Shown here piece after piece: positions 1 through 10,100 of a DNA stretch of 52,629 nucleotides; positions within the stretch are counted from its first letter, which is position 1, and the number at the start of each line of letters is the position of its first letter. The stretch is from Nitrococcus sp. (GTDB lineage Bacteria; Pseudomonadota; Gammaproteobacteria; Nitrococcales; Nitrococcaceae). Under the pieces are notes generated by a model. The model saw only the letters and a program-made list of their open reading frames with translations, was not told the origin of the DNA and ran no database searches. Position numbers and translations under genes: made by a program. Location of the stretch: positions 1 to 52,629 of the forward strand of contig JAKDMQ010000001.1 of the NCBI GenBank assembly GCA_030452265.1. Reading direction: 5' to 3'.

Positions 1-54
1 AGGAGTGATCAATAAATCGTAATCGTCGGTGTCTCAAAGTCGTTGACAGGTTCC

Positions 55-480
55 GACGCGACCCCGCTGGCAGACGACACCTTCGGGGCCTATGGCACGC
101 CTGACTACCTGCAGCGCATTGAGCGGTGGCGAGACGCCCGGCTGATCGAGACGGCGTGGCAAGAGCGCGGCCTTGAAGAGTTATCTTGGGAGGCATGGCT
201 CTGTGCAGCGGGCCTTCACATCGACATGCTCCCAAGCCCACTACGTTTCGATCAGGAGCACTATGTTGTGCAGGCTGGCTTGGCATCCCAGGCGCTGGTG
301 CTTACGAGCTCTCTCTTGGTGAGCGATTTCGTCCAACGCGGCTGGCTGGAGGCTTATCGGCCAGAGGTGCAGATGGCGGGGCGCAGATACACGGCATTAT
401 GTCTGCCCGGCAGCGCCTCGCTTCGCAAGGTGTCATATTTCCTGGAATGGCTGCAGAAGGAAGCTATGGGCGATGCGTGA
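55..480 (+). pseudogene. LysR-family regulator, C-terminal substrate-binding domain only (5' truncated)
   Basis: LADDTFGAYGTPDYL...QAGLASQALVLTSSLLVSDFVQRGWL...KVSYFLEWLQKE resembles a GcvA-like LTTR C-terminus. No HTH is present, and similarity starts abruptly at about 55. Confidence 0.7.
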
Positions 481-500
481 ATATGTCATCGCCCTACGCC

Positions 501-1724
501 TAGTGTCACCTCACACATGATATGTCGCTTGTAATGTGTTAAATCTCCCTCCTGTCACGTAGTTGACGGGAGGATATCCATGTGAAGCGCTACAAGGTGA
601 CGCTGCTGGAACACGAGAGGCAGGAGCTTGAGGCGATCACACGCAAGGGTTCGCATCAGTCGCAGAAGGTGATCAATGCGCTGATTCTGCTGAGCTGCGA
701 CGAGGGCGAGTTGAACGAGCAATGCTTGCGCGGCAAGGCCATCGCCGATGTCCTGGGAATCAGCCTGCGTAAGCTCGACCGGGTGAAGAAACGCTTCGTT
801 GAAGAAGGGCTGGAGACCGCTCTTGGTCGGCGTCCAAGTCAAAGGCGCTATGAGCGCAAGGCCGATGGTGAGTTCGAGGCACGGCTGGTGGCGCTGAGCT
901 GCAGCGAGCCGCCGAAAGGCTACTCGCAGTGGTCGCTGCGGCTGCTTGCTGATCGGGTGGTCGAGCTTGACTACATCGATAGTATCTCCTACGAGACGGT
1001 GCGCCGGGTGCTAAAAAAAACGAAATCAAACCGTGGCGGCAGATCGGCTGGGTGATTCCGCCGGCGGCCAACGCCGAGTTCGTCGCCGCCATGGAGCGGG
1101 TGCTCGATGTCTACCGCCGGCCCTACAATGTCGCCGTGCCTGTGGTCTGCATGGACGAGACACCGCGACAGTTGATCCGCGAGACGCGCACGCCACTGCC
1201 CGCGCGCCCCGGTCAGCTCGCTCGGCACGACTACGAGTACGAGCGCTGTGGGGTGGCCAATGTGTTCATGGCCACTGAGCCGCTGGCGGGCAAACGAATG
1301 ACGAAAGTCACCGAGCGCAAGTGCAAGGTCGACTGGGCGCAGTTCCTCCGCGACATTGCCGAGCGCTATCCGGATGCCGAGAACATCACACTGGTGATGG
1401 ACAACTTGAACACCCACAGCCCGGGCGCGCTCTACGAGGCATTCCCTCCGGAGCAGGCCAAGGCACTATGGGATCGCTTTGAGTTTGTCTATACGCCCAA
1501 GCACGGCAGCTGGCTTAATGTCGCCGAAATCGAGCTCAACGTCATGATCAGCCAGTGCTTGGCCCGGCGCATCGACACGATTGAGCAACTACGCGAGGAG
1601 GTTTCCGCTTGGCAAGCGCGCCGCGATCAGCTTCAAGCCAAGGTGAACTGGCAATTTACCGCCGAGGACGCACGGATCAAACTGAAACGCCTATATCCGA
1701 CATTTGACGTGTGACGAGACACTA
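501..1724 (+). mobile_element. IS630-family insertion sequence, apparently complete
   Basis: Terminal inverted repeats: left CTAG-TGTCACCTCACACATGATATGTCG, right (reverse complement) CTAG-TGTCTCGTCACACGTCAAATGTCG. CTAG/TA at both ends. Confidence 0.93.
582..1714 (+). CDS. IS630 transposase expressed by a -1 programmed frameshift at A8 (1013-1020)
   Basis: ORF A is the HTH part (WSLRLLADR, ISYETVRRVLKK). The -1 frame continues KNEIKPW... into the DDE part (VVCMDE, LVMDNLNTH, TPKHGSWLNVAEIE). Confidence 0.92.
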
Positions 1725-1829
1725 GGTCGAATGGGCTTTCTCGGAGGCGGTAGCGCCGTTTCTGGCGCTCATGCCGTTGGAGGAATCCAGTAACGAGGAC
1801 GAAAATGAGGCTTCGATTTGAACGTCTGC

Positions 1830-1965
1830 GCCGGGTTTTTGGCCGCGCGCTCGAGGCGGCGGTAGCCGGCCTCACACGCGCTTGGGCATGTAAACGGGGC
1901 CCGGGCGCGGTCACCGTCAACTGCGCGTAGCTGGGACCCGTCGGCGGCGGCATGGCGCCCTCTGA
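1830..1965 (+). pseudogene. Short-chain dehydrogenase (SDR) remnant
   Basis: The frame from 1856 reads AAVAGLTRAWACKRGPGAVTVNCA*LGPVGGGMAP, matching the SDR segment KAAVxGLTRxWARDLGPxxITVNxxxPGP. In-frame TAG at 1928-1930. Confidence 0.6.
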
Positions 1966-2235
1966 GCAAGGACTTGTTCGATTATTCCGCTATCGAGATG
2001 GAGCGAGGCACTCGCGTCGGAACGGAGCAAGAAAGATGACTGCCGCAGCTTTCGACCTGCTGCAACGCCGCGGCCTCAAGCCGGAGGCGGTACGCCCTAG
2101 CCGAGAGCGACCTGTCCCGCACCAGCAACTCTCCCAAACCGCCTCGCCTGATTGGCAGGAGGTCTTGTTCGAACGCGTCCGGGTGCCGTGCCGGGCTGGG
2201 CTGGGTGTCAATGGCTTGACCACGGACGTTAACGC

Positions 2236-2745
2236 TCATGAATAGAGCTCATCTTCTTCAATTGCAACCGATGATTTTGGTTGACCGGCCCTGCGAACTC
2301 TGTCGCGCGCTGTAAACATACTGTGACGAGCCGGCTGCACTGGGGCGAAGTGGCGAAATCCAATATCCTTGAAAATGTCGACATAGACAGCCTCCATACC
2401 TCCAGCCTTGCAATATGTTTCATGCCAGAAGCCAGTGCCGCCCGTATCGCGTAAGAACTCCGCCCACCATATGCGATGAGGCTCGCTGCGCGCCCAATCC
2501 TCAAGCGATTCAAAGTCGCGCCAATATTGACGAATGCCAAGGTGCGGGGGCAGCAAAGAGAACAGAAAATATTCGTGGGCAAGCAACCCTTCGGGAGTGG
2601 ACTTGACGGATCTGCCGATCTTTGGACCAAAACCGAAAAGGGTCTTGATTCCCGTTAGCGCGTTGACTTTCATGCCCAGATAAATAACCACTAAGTCTGG
2701 ATAGCCAGAAAGATCAACCGTGTGCCTCTGTGCTCTCTTTTTCAT
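2236..2745 (-). CDS. DUF4188-family (dimeric alpha/beta barrel, monooxygenase/dehydratase-like) protein
   Basis: LVVIYLGM, RQYWRDFESLEDWARSEPHRIWW, GTGFWHETY and GMEAVY motifs. Likely ATG at 2745 (MKKRAQ). Confidence 0.8.
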   Translation of the reverse strand: MKKRAQRHTVDLSGYPDLVVIYLGMKVNALTGIKTLFGFGPKIGRSVKSTPEGLLAHEYFLFSLLPPHLGIRQYWRDFESLEDWARSEPHRIWWAEFLRDTGGTGFWHETYCKAGGMEAVYVDIFKDIGFRHFAPVQPARHSMFTARDRVRRAGQPKSSVAIEEDELYS

Positions 2746-2774
2746 AGCGCCTTCTTTCGTGAAATCAGATCTGC

Positions 2775-2864
2775 ACCCAATGCCTGAGCTCCTGCGCGCC
2801 GGAGGCCGGAGGGAACCCAAAGCACGACAGTGCTTTGGGCGTTACCTACAGCGACCCGTTAGCC
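2775..2864 (-). other. Degenerate integron attC-like recombination site
   Basis: Minus strand reads GGCTAAC (R''-like), GCTGTAG (L''-like), a perfect 10-bp hairpin CCCAAAGCAC/GTGCTTTGGG, CAGGAGCT (L'-like), then ATTGGGT (GTTRRRY with G>A). It lies between two co-oriented small genes. Confidence 0.6.
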
Positions 2865-3024
2865 GATATCGGACATAGCGAAGTTCCTCCACCGCGGTGC
2901 CACCGAGCTCAAAGGATCTGTGGGACTGTGCCTCTACCACGAAGCCTGCACTCTCGTAGAACCGCGCCGTCCTTTCGTTGCCGACGATGACCCACAAACT
3001 AACCGATTTGTATCCTTCCGCCAT
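2842..3024 (-). pseudogene. GNAT acetyltransferase C-terminal fragment
   Basis: GYKSVSLWVIVGNERTARFYESAGF matches GNAT motif B (NxxAxxFYExxGF). Only 60 aa remain. Confidence 0.75.
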
Positions 3025-3080
3025 AAGGAGAAGCCCCGCGTCGTGCTTTAGCGCGGCAGATCGAAAGAGTTTCTGAGGCG

Positions 3081-3107
3081 TGTCGATCCCATTGCGCTAC
3101 GAACGAC
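3081..3107 (+). promoter_or_regulatory. Putative ECF42-type sigma promoter
   Basis: TGTCGA-N17-CGAC upstream of a VOC/DGPF/DUF1428 operon, matching the ECF42 consensus TGTCGA...CG(A/T)C as I recall it. Confidence 0.5.
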
Positions 3108-3198
3108 TACATTACAGAGAACCCCGTTCACACCCGTTCGAATCCTGCGCTGGGGCACGAGGGTTCTTGCGAATACCACCCAACCGAAGGAGATCACC

Positions 3199-3627
3199 AT
3201 GCAATTGAATCCCTATCTCAGTTTCGACGGCCAATGCCGACAAGCATTCGAGTTCTATCAGCAATTGCTGGGCGGCGACATTGCGCTGACCCAGACTTAC
3301 GGTGAAACGCCGATGGCGGACCAGATTCCTGCCGAAGCCCGAGACAGGATCGCCCACACGCGCCTGATTGCGGGCGACGTGGTACTGATGGGCTCCGATG
3401 CATTTCCCGCCGCAGCCGAGGGCTGCGGACGCTATGCAAAGCCCCAGGGGATGGACGTGACGCTCGGCCTCGACGACGTCGCCGAGGCGCGGCGGCTGTT
3501 CGACGCCTTGGCCGAGGGCGGCAGCGTCCGGATGGCGTTTGAGAAGACGTTCTTCGCCGAGGGTTTCGGAATGGTTACCGATCGCTTCGGGACGCCATGG
3601 ATGGTGATCTGCGAGCGGACCGCCTGA
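3199..3627 (+). CDS. VOC family protein, PhnB/YjdN-like
   Basis: MQLNPYLSFDGQCRQAFEFY, HTRLIAG, GFGMVTDRFGTPWMV. RBS AAGGAG. Confidence 0.9.
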   Translation: MQLNPYLSFDGQCRQAFEFYQQLLGGDIALTQTYGETPMADQIPAEARDRIAHTRLIAGDVVLMGSDAFPAAAEGCGRYAKPQGMDVTLGLDDVAEARRLFDALAEGGSVRMAFEKTFFAEGFGMVTDRFGTPWMVICERTA

Positions 3628-3639
3628 AGTCGCACGAGC

Positions 3640-3855
3640 ACATGGCGGAAGAAATGGACGACTTCCCGGCCGATGTACAGGAAGCGGCCGCCGGCTTTAC
3701 CGACTTGCAGGGAAGCTGAAAGCGCAAGAATAAGGAGATCAGACATGAGAAGGATCCGCACATTGCGAATATGGATCCCAAAACCATGCCGGTTGACATG
3801 ATGCGAATCTTCTGGGTCGGGTTCACGACGATCGTCGAGTACACCGCCGACTGAC
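3640..3855 (+). pseudogene. Remnants of YciI/DGPF-family and DUF1428-family genes
   Basis: EMDDFPADVQEAAAGF...* resembles a DGPF protein tail. After an RBS and ATG in a different frame, KDPHIANMDPKTMPVDMMRIFWVGFTTIVE* resembles the DUF1428 C-terminus (MPFDxKRMxxGGF). Confidence 0.55.
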
Positions 3856-4006
3856 TGCGACCACAGCCACCAAGGGGGTAACCATGAGGAGCCAAATACA
3901 AATAAAATATTCAAGGCAGGCATTTGCGTTCCCCGCCGGCTACGCCTATGCTCTAGATGGGTTCAAGGATAACTGCGGGCCTTGGCGGATGGGGTCTTTT
4001 CTAACC

Positions 4007-4042
4007 ATCAATCGACTATCGGAGATCAATCGACTATCGGAG
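4007..4042 (+). repeat. Exact 18-bp tandem duplication ATCAATCGACTATCGGAG x2 covering the RBS
   Basis: Directly visible; the ATG follows at 4049. Confidence 0.9.
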
Positions 4043-4048
4043 GTCGCA

Positions 4049-4621
4049 ATGAGCCCCACGACAGCCACTACGGATCTATTCAGTCAACTGACCAGTTTGA
4101 ACAACGAGCTCTGGAACGTGTGGCTCGAAGGCGCGCCGCGCGTGTTTCCAAAACCGCCCTGGCTCGACGGAACCTATCACGGCCAAATCAGGGGATTTCG
4201 GCGGGCCGTGGAGGAGACGCTGCAAATTGAGCATCGATGGGTGGACGAGCTTAGGGATAATTGTCCGAGCGATGGGCTTCGCAGCGAGATGACACGGGTG
4301 TCGGCGGCGCTCATGGAGGCCGGCATCAATACTCGCTCGGGGCTCTGGCAGGCTTGGTTCGAGAGTGCGGAGCGGTTCGATGTCGGAGACCTCGGCAATT
4401 TCGCCGAATCCGTGCAAACGCCGCAGCAGCTCTTTACCGCCTGGCAGCGGTTCGCCGATGAGCTATTCCAAGCGCAGCGACAGGTCGGCAGTGAGCTGGG
4501 CGGCGCGGCGAAATCGGTGCAAGAAACCGCTCCTAAGGCTGCGACAGGCAAGGAGCGCGAAGCGTCCGGCAAGGTAGGCTCGCAGGAGACCACCGCATCT
4601 TCTTCTAAGGCGGCACACTAG
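4049..4621 (+). CDS. Hypothetical helical protein, possibly phasin/PHA-granule-associated
   Basis: Repeated LW..W helical motifs (ELWNVWLE, LWQAWFE, LFTAWQ) and an Ala/Lys/Ser-rich tail. RBS GGAGG. Confidence 0.55.
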   Translation: MSPTTATTDLFSQLTSLNNELWNVWLEGAPRVFPKPPWLDGTYHGQIRGFRRAVEETLQIEHRWVDELRDNCPSDGLRSEMTRVSAALMEAGINTRSGLWQAWFESAERFDVGDLGNFAESVQTPQQLFTAWQRFADELFQAQRQVGSELGGAAKSVQETAPKAATGKEREASGKVGSQETTASSSKAAH

Positions 4622-4704
4622 GCAGAGCCGTTGCGGGCGCATTCGGTCAGGTATGCCTGGGTATACCGACGCATAGCAATCCAGCGGATCCATTGGACTT
4701 GGCG

Positions 4705-6765
4705 TCACTCGCTGATTCCAAGGCGCGAAAGCACGAAGGACAGCGTGTAAGCAAGTTCCTGGAGCGTCTGGTAACGCCCGGAGGGGCCGTCATGGCCGGC
4801 CTCCAGCTCGGTATTCAGTAGGAACAGGCCGCCGGTGGCGCGATCACGCAGGCGCGCGACCCACTTGGCGGGCTCCCAGAATTGAACGCGGGAATCATTC
4901 CAGCCGGCAATGACGAGCATATCCGGATAGTGTTGAGAGCGGATGTTCTCGTACGGTGCGTAGTCGCGCATGGCCGCGTAGTAACGCCGCTGCGCCGGAT
5001 TGCCCCATTCATCGTATTCGATCACGGTAAGCGGCAGCGAGGGATCTTCCATCGTGTTCAGAACGTCAACGAAGGGCATTTCCACCACGGCCGCCCGGAA
5101 TAGATCCGGGCGGCCGTTGACGGCTGCGCCGACCAACAACCCGCCGGCGCTTTCACCCAGCACCGCAATGCGGGCCTGGCGAGTATAGCGCGCGGCGATC
5201 AGCGCCTGCGCGCAGGCAATGAAATCGGCGACGCTGTTGCGCTTGCTCAATAATTTGCCGGCATTCTTCCAATGCTCGCCGAGCTCGCCACCGCCGCGGA
5301 CGTGGGCAATCGCATAGACGAAGCCTCGATTCAGCAAACTGATGCGGTTGCTCGAAAACTCCGGCTCGACGCAAATGCCGTAACTGCCATAGCCGTAGAG
5401 GAGGCAAGGCGCCGAGCCGTCGAGCGGCGTATCTCGATGGCGAACGAGCGAGATCGGCACCTTAGTGTCATCGGCTGAGTCGGCCCAAAGGCGCTCGCTG
5501 CAATAATCTACTGGATCATACCCGGATGGGATCTCGCGTTCTTTGAGCAGGTGCAGCCTAGCGGCTACCATGTCGTAGTCATAGACCCGGGGGGGCGTAA
5601 CCAGCGAACTGTACGCTAAGCGCAGGCGATCGGCCTTGAAGGTCGGGTTGTCAGCAAAGTCCACCGCGTAAAGCGGCTCGTCGAAGGGGACCGTGGTCCA
5701 GCAGGTGGTTGTCAAGTCACAAACCCAAACCCGGGCCACCCCGTCCTCCCGGCTCAACAACGCCAAATGGCGCTCGAAGAGCTCGAAGTCCTCGAGCTTG
5801 ACCCGATCGCAGTGGGCGACGAGCGTTTGCCAGGATGCCTCGTCGGCGAGACGGCTTGCCGGCACCCGCAGCAGTTGGAAGTTTACGGCGGCGCGATTGG
5901 TCAGAACGAAATATTCATCACCTCTGTGCTCGACGGCGTACTCGATGCCGTGCTGCCGCTCCCGGAAACAGACCGGTCGCGCATCCGAATCATCGGCATC
6001 CAGCAGATGCACCTCGCTGGTGATATTGCTCGCCAGATTGATAAGCAGATAGCGTTGGTCTTTGGTCTTGCCTACGCTAGCGAAATATGCGGCATCCTCT
6101 TCACGCAGCACCTCGCTATCCGCGTCCTGCTGCTCACCCAGGCGATGACGCATGACCCGCCAGGGACGCTGCGCCGCGTCGAGCAGCACATAAATCAGGG
6201 TGCGGCTGTCGTTGGCCCAGGCTAGGGCACCGGAGGTCTGCGGCGATACGGCATCGAGCCTCTGACCGCTATCCAGATCGCGGATGCGCAGCGCATAGCG
6301 CTCGCTGCCGTCGAGATCCTCCGAGTACGCCAGATAGCGATGGCTCGGGCTGATTTCCACGCTTCCCAGCGCGAAATAATCTCGTCCCACGGCAAGCTCA
6401 TTGGCATCCAGAATAACCTCCTCCGCTCCTTGGGGCGCAGCCGTGCCGCGGCGACGACAGAACACCGGGTGCTCAGCGCCCGCGCGGGTGCGGGTGTAAT
6501 ACCAGTACGGCGCTATGTACACCGGCACCGACTCATCGTCCTCGCGAATCCGGCCCACGAATTCTGTGTAGAGGCGCTCACGCAATCCGCTGGTGCGCGC
6601 CATAATGGCGTCGGTATAACGGTTCTCTGCCTCCAGATGGGCGATAACCCGCGGATCATCGCGGTTTCGCAGCCAGGCGAATTCGTCGACCCGGGCTTCG
6701 CCGTGGGATTCTATCGTGCGCGCTTGCTTTGGGGCCTTTGGTGGCTCGGTCTCGTTGCTGCTCAT
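4705..6765 (-). CDS. ptrB: Oligopeptidase B (S9A peptidase)
   Basis: DEFAWLR, LYGYGSYG, AHVRGGGELG, GESAGG nucleophile, ND.RV and AGH triad motifs. Confidence 0.92.
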   Translation of the reverse strand: MSSNETEPPKAPKQARTIESHGEARVDEFAWLRNRDDPRVIAHLEAENRYTDAIMARTSGLRERLYTEFVGRIREDDESVPVYIAPYWYYTRTRAGAEHPVFCRRRGTAAPQGAEEVILDANELAVGRDYFALGSVEISPSHRYLAYSEDLDGSERYALRIRDLDSGQRLDAVSPQTSGALAWANDSRTLIYVLLDAAQRPWRVMRHRLGEQQDADSEVLREEDAAYFASVGKTKDQRYLLINLASNITSEVHLLDADDSDARPVCFRERQHGIEYAVEHRGDEYFVLTNRAAVNFQLLRVPASRLADEASWQTLVAHCDRVKLEDFELFERHLALLSREDGVARVWVCDLTTTCWTTVPFDEPLYAVDFADNPTFKADRLRLAYSSLVTPPRVYDYDMVAARLHLLKEREIPSGYDPVDYCSERLWADSADDTKVPISLVRHRDTPLDGSAPCLLYGYGSYGICVEPEFSSNRISLLNRGFVYAIAHVRGGGELGEHWKNAGKLLSKRNSVADFIACAQALIAARYTRQARIAVLGESAGGLLVGAAVNGRPDLFRAAVVEMPFVDVLNTMEDPSLPLTVIEYDEWGNPAQRRYYAAMRDYAPYENIRSQHYPDMLVIAGWNDSRVQFWEPAKWVARLRDRATGGLFLLNTELEAGHDGPSGRYQTLQELAYTLSFVLSRLGISE

Positions 6766-6806
6766 TGTCTTTCTGCCACAGCTTAGCGATGCGGATGGTC
6801 TGAGAG

Positions 6807-6922
6807 GCATTGTCAGCCCGGAGCGGGTGCGCCCTGGCGGGGCCGTCGGAGGCAAGGATGGCGCCGTCGAGCCTACATGGAGGTATTCACTGCGTGTCCC
6901 GCCACGGCATGCTGAGAATAGC
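6807..6922. repeat. Nested-palindrome intergenic element (MITE/REP-like)
   Basis: Outer arms GCATTGTCAGC / GCTGAGAATAGC and inner arms GCCCTGGCGGGGC / GTCCCGCCACGGC around a GAGCCTACATGGAGGTATTCAC core. Confidence 0.5.
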
Positions 6923-7123
6923 AGTGAAAGGATTTGTAAGCCCGTCGCAGTCGCGCTTCATGCAATCCGCCGCATCAGCCGTAAACGCGAAGAGCAAGGG
7001 TTTTCTCCCATAAGCGGCACTATGCACGCTGTTTAGGCAACGAGTCTGGTAGCTTTGAGTGCAGCAAGCGTGCATCACGGCTCGGCCGTGGCTACTGAGG
7101 GGATGGAGGCCCGAGGCCAGTCG

Positions 7124-10100
7124 ATGAACAGCGAACGTCGTACCTACCAAAGACACGCCGTATTTTGGGATGCGACAGTTTCCGGCGGCGAGCTCGCCTC
7201 GCGGCCGGTCACCATACGTGATTTCTGCGCCGGCGGCCTATTTTTGGCCTGGCAAGGTAATACGCTCGGCAGCGAGCGACCTTCCGCTCGCGCAGATCAA
7301 TGCGCAACTGTGCGCTTCGCCCATCCACTAGACGGGCTGGAACGCGAGCTTACGGGACGGATTGTACGCGAAAGCCCGGCAGGACTCGGGTTCGCCTTCA
7401 GCAGACCCCATCCGGATTTGATCACGGTTTTCGATGCCATTGCCGCCGATCATTCTCAGGCTGGCGAGCAGCGCAGCTCGGGTAAGCGCGCGGTGAGCCG
7501 GCTCGCGCGTGAGGCCTTGCAGCTTTGCCGGGAGCAGGCCGAGGCCTTTTTCAGCGAAACTATCCCGGTGTTCATCACGTACGCTGTTGATCGGCTCTTC
7601 GATCGCGCCAGCAATGCCGGCAGCAACGACGAGCAGCACGCCTACTACAGCGGCTTTCGTTATCTGCGTGATGCCCGAGCCAACCTGGCGCGGCAGTTCA
7701 CCGATGAGCTGATCCGGCGTCTGAACGATCTCACCGAGCAAATACCCGCACACGTATCCAAGCGGATACCAGAAGCGGTCGGCGAGCTCGCGCTGGTGGA
7801 CGAGCGCGAGTTCGAGGACTGGCTCAACCGCTCCGATGCCATCAATCGGGCCGAGGCGCGCTTTGCACTCGCATTGGAGGCTTTCAATCGGCGGCTCTCC
7901 TATATTGTTGGCCGCCGTGTCGACGAGCTTAGCAGTCCACTGGCGCCCGCCGTCGTCTGCGAAATCCTCCCCGCCGTGTTGGATTTGTCCAGGTTCGAGC
8001 CCCAGCCCGCACGGACGGTCCAGGCACTATTCGGCCAGACGGTGATGATGCGCCTTGGCAGTCTATACGAGGGGGTGAATACCGAGCTGCAAGCGCGCGG
8101 CATTCTTCCTGACATCGAGGATGAACGCGCGCAGACCCGGACATCGAACCAGCACGAGCCGGTTGCGCGGGAAGAGGCTGACCTCGATCCCAACGCGCCT
8201 CCTCTCGAAGAGGCGGCACCGAGCAGCGAGGCTAGCCTATCGCCGCCCGCGCCAACCGGTGGATCTGCGCGCCCGCACGGGCAGCCGTCGTCTTTGTCAT
8301 CCGCGGCGCCATCTATCTTTACAACGGCGAGCCCGTCGCGGCGGGTGTCGGTCGCCCAGGAGCTTCTGGCGGCGCGCAACCGCCTGCTTCAGCGCGGTCC
8401 GTCCAGTTTCGCAACGGCCGCGAAGCATAGGCCGGCGCCGGGTGCGATGTTCGCCTCGGGTGAAGTACTGGAGGCCGTCGACAGTCTGCACGCCAGCCTT
8501 GAGGAGGCGGCGCCGGCGGCCGATGTGGACGCAAGCCTCATGGAAAAGGTGATGGCGCAATTACGCGCCACGGGCGAGGATGCGGGTGAAAAACAGCTTG
8601 CGCCCGAGGCGCACGGCACGGTCGAGTTACTCGACAACTGGTTCGGAGCCCTGCGCGACGATAAGTTGAATACCCGCTTCCTGCGCGACTGGAGCGGGCG
8701 TTTAGCCATTGTCGCGTTGCGCGCTCAGCTCGAGAGCGGCGCCTTCCTGAGTGAGGACCCTCAGCCGATTCACGACTTGCTCAATCAACTGGATCGTTCT
8801 GGCGTCGCTCTGGCGGTTCTGCGTGGAACCGAGCAGGAGCGCCTGCAGCATTCTGTGGAGCAGTTACTCCAACGCGCACTGACCGAATCGCGCGCGCAGC
8901 CGGAGGTCGTACGCGAAATCGCCGATGAAATTGCCGCGCTGATCGAGCGCCCCCTTGCCACGCGCGCGGTCAATATGCAGAAGGTGTTGCAGCAATGTGA
9001 GGGAACACAGAAGCTGGAACGGGCTAAGCGCCGGGTTGATGAGGAAATCGATAAACGCCTCGCGGAGCGGATGGTCCCGAAGTTGTTAGTCGATTTTCTC
9101 GAGCAGGGTTGGCGCAACCTGCTCGTACTGGTGAACCTTCGCTCCGGTGTCGACAGCGATCCGTGGCACCGCGGGCTTGCCGTGCTCGATCGGCTACTCG
9201 CTGGCTTAGGTAGCGCGACGGCCAGGGCGCGGCCCATTGCCGAGCCAGGCAAGGTGGTTGGCTATATCGAGCAACAGCTAAGCGCCTTCGGCCGTTATAC
9301 CACTGAAATGCAGCCCATTGTAGCGGAGATCCGGGATTATCTGCTTGCCGTTTCTGAACTGGGCCGGGCATCAAGGCCACTGGCGCTGGTCAACGCGCAG
9401 CGATCGAACGCGGATGAGATCGCTCGGACTGCCCAAATCAAACCCTATTGGCTTGGCCAGGCTAAGCTGCTCAGCGTTGGCGACTGGGTATTCTTCGCGG
9501 GCAAGGATGGCACGCCCGAGCCCTTGCGCCTGCAGTGGATCAGCGAAGACCGATCACGGTTCGTGTTCGTCAATCGCTGCGGAATCAAGGCCAAGGACAT
9601 TAGCCTGGCGGATCTGGCGCAGCTGTTGGAGGCAACCTCGGCCGGACTCGCCGAGGATATGGATAGGCCTTTGACCGAACGTCAATGGCAGAAGAAATTC
9701 CAGGATCTGCACGAAGAGCTCGTGCGCTTCGCTACCCATGATCCGCTCACCGGGTCGCTCAATCGCAAGGCGTTGCAGAAAGAGCTGGAAAAGTTGCCGA
9801 ACGGGCTCGAAGCTCGCAGCCAATGGCATGCCCTGTTCTACTTCGCGCTGGACGGTTTCAAGGTGATCAACAGCACCCTAGGGCATGAGGCCGGCGATGA
9901 GTTGCTGCAGCAGGTCGCGAGTCAGTTGCGCGAGTGCGTCGAAGGGCGGGGCTGCATCGCGCGCATGGGCGGCGACGAATTCGCGCTATTGGTTAAGCAC
10001 TGTAGCGCGATCGAAGCTCGAATGCTGGCTGAGAAGCAACGCCTTGCACTCTATGGGCGCCGCTTCAGCCGTGACGGGGAAAGCCTGGCCGTGTCGGCAA

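Noticed and set aside
1033-1055. IS630 transposase as a frameshifted pseudogene
   Set aside because: The break lies at an A8 run giving the typical LKKNEIKPW junction, consistent with programmed frameshifting.
1746-1870. GGCGGTAG ops-like sequences
   Set aside because: They lack the full GGCGGTAGnnTG consensus, no long operon follows, and the second copy lies within the SDR remnant.
3130-3160. tRNA-like GTTCGAATCC motif
   Set aside because: The flanks do not form a T-stem (ACCCG/CCTGC), and there is no D-arm, anticodon arm or CCA end.
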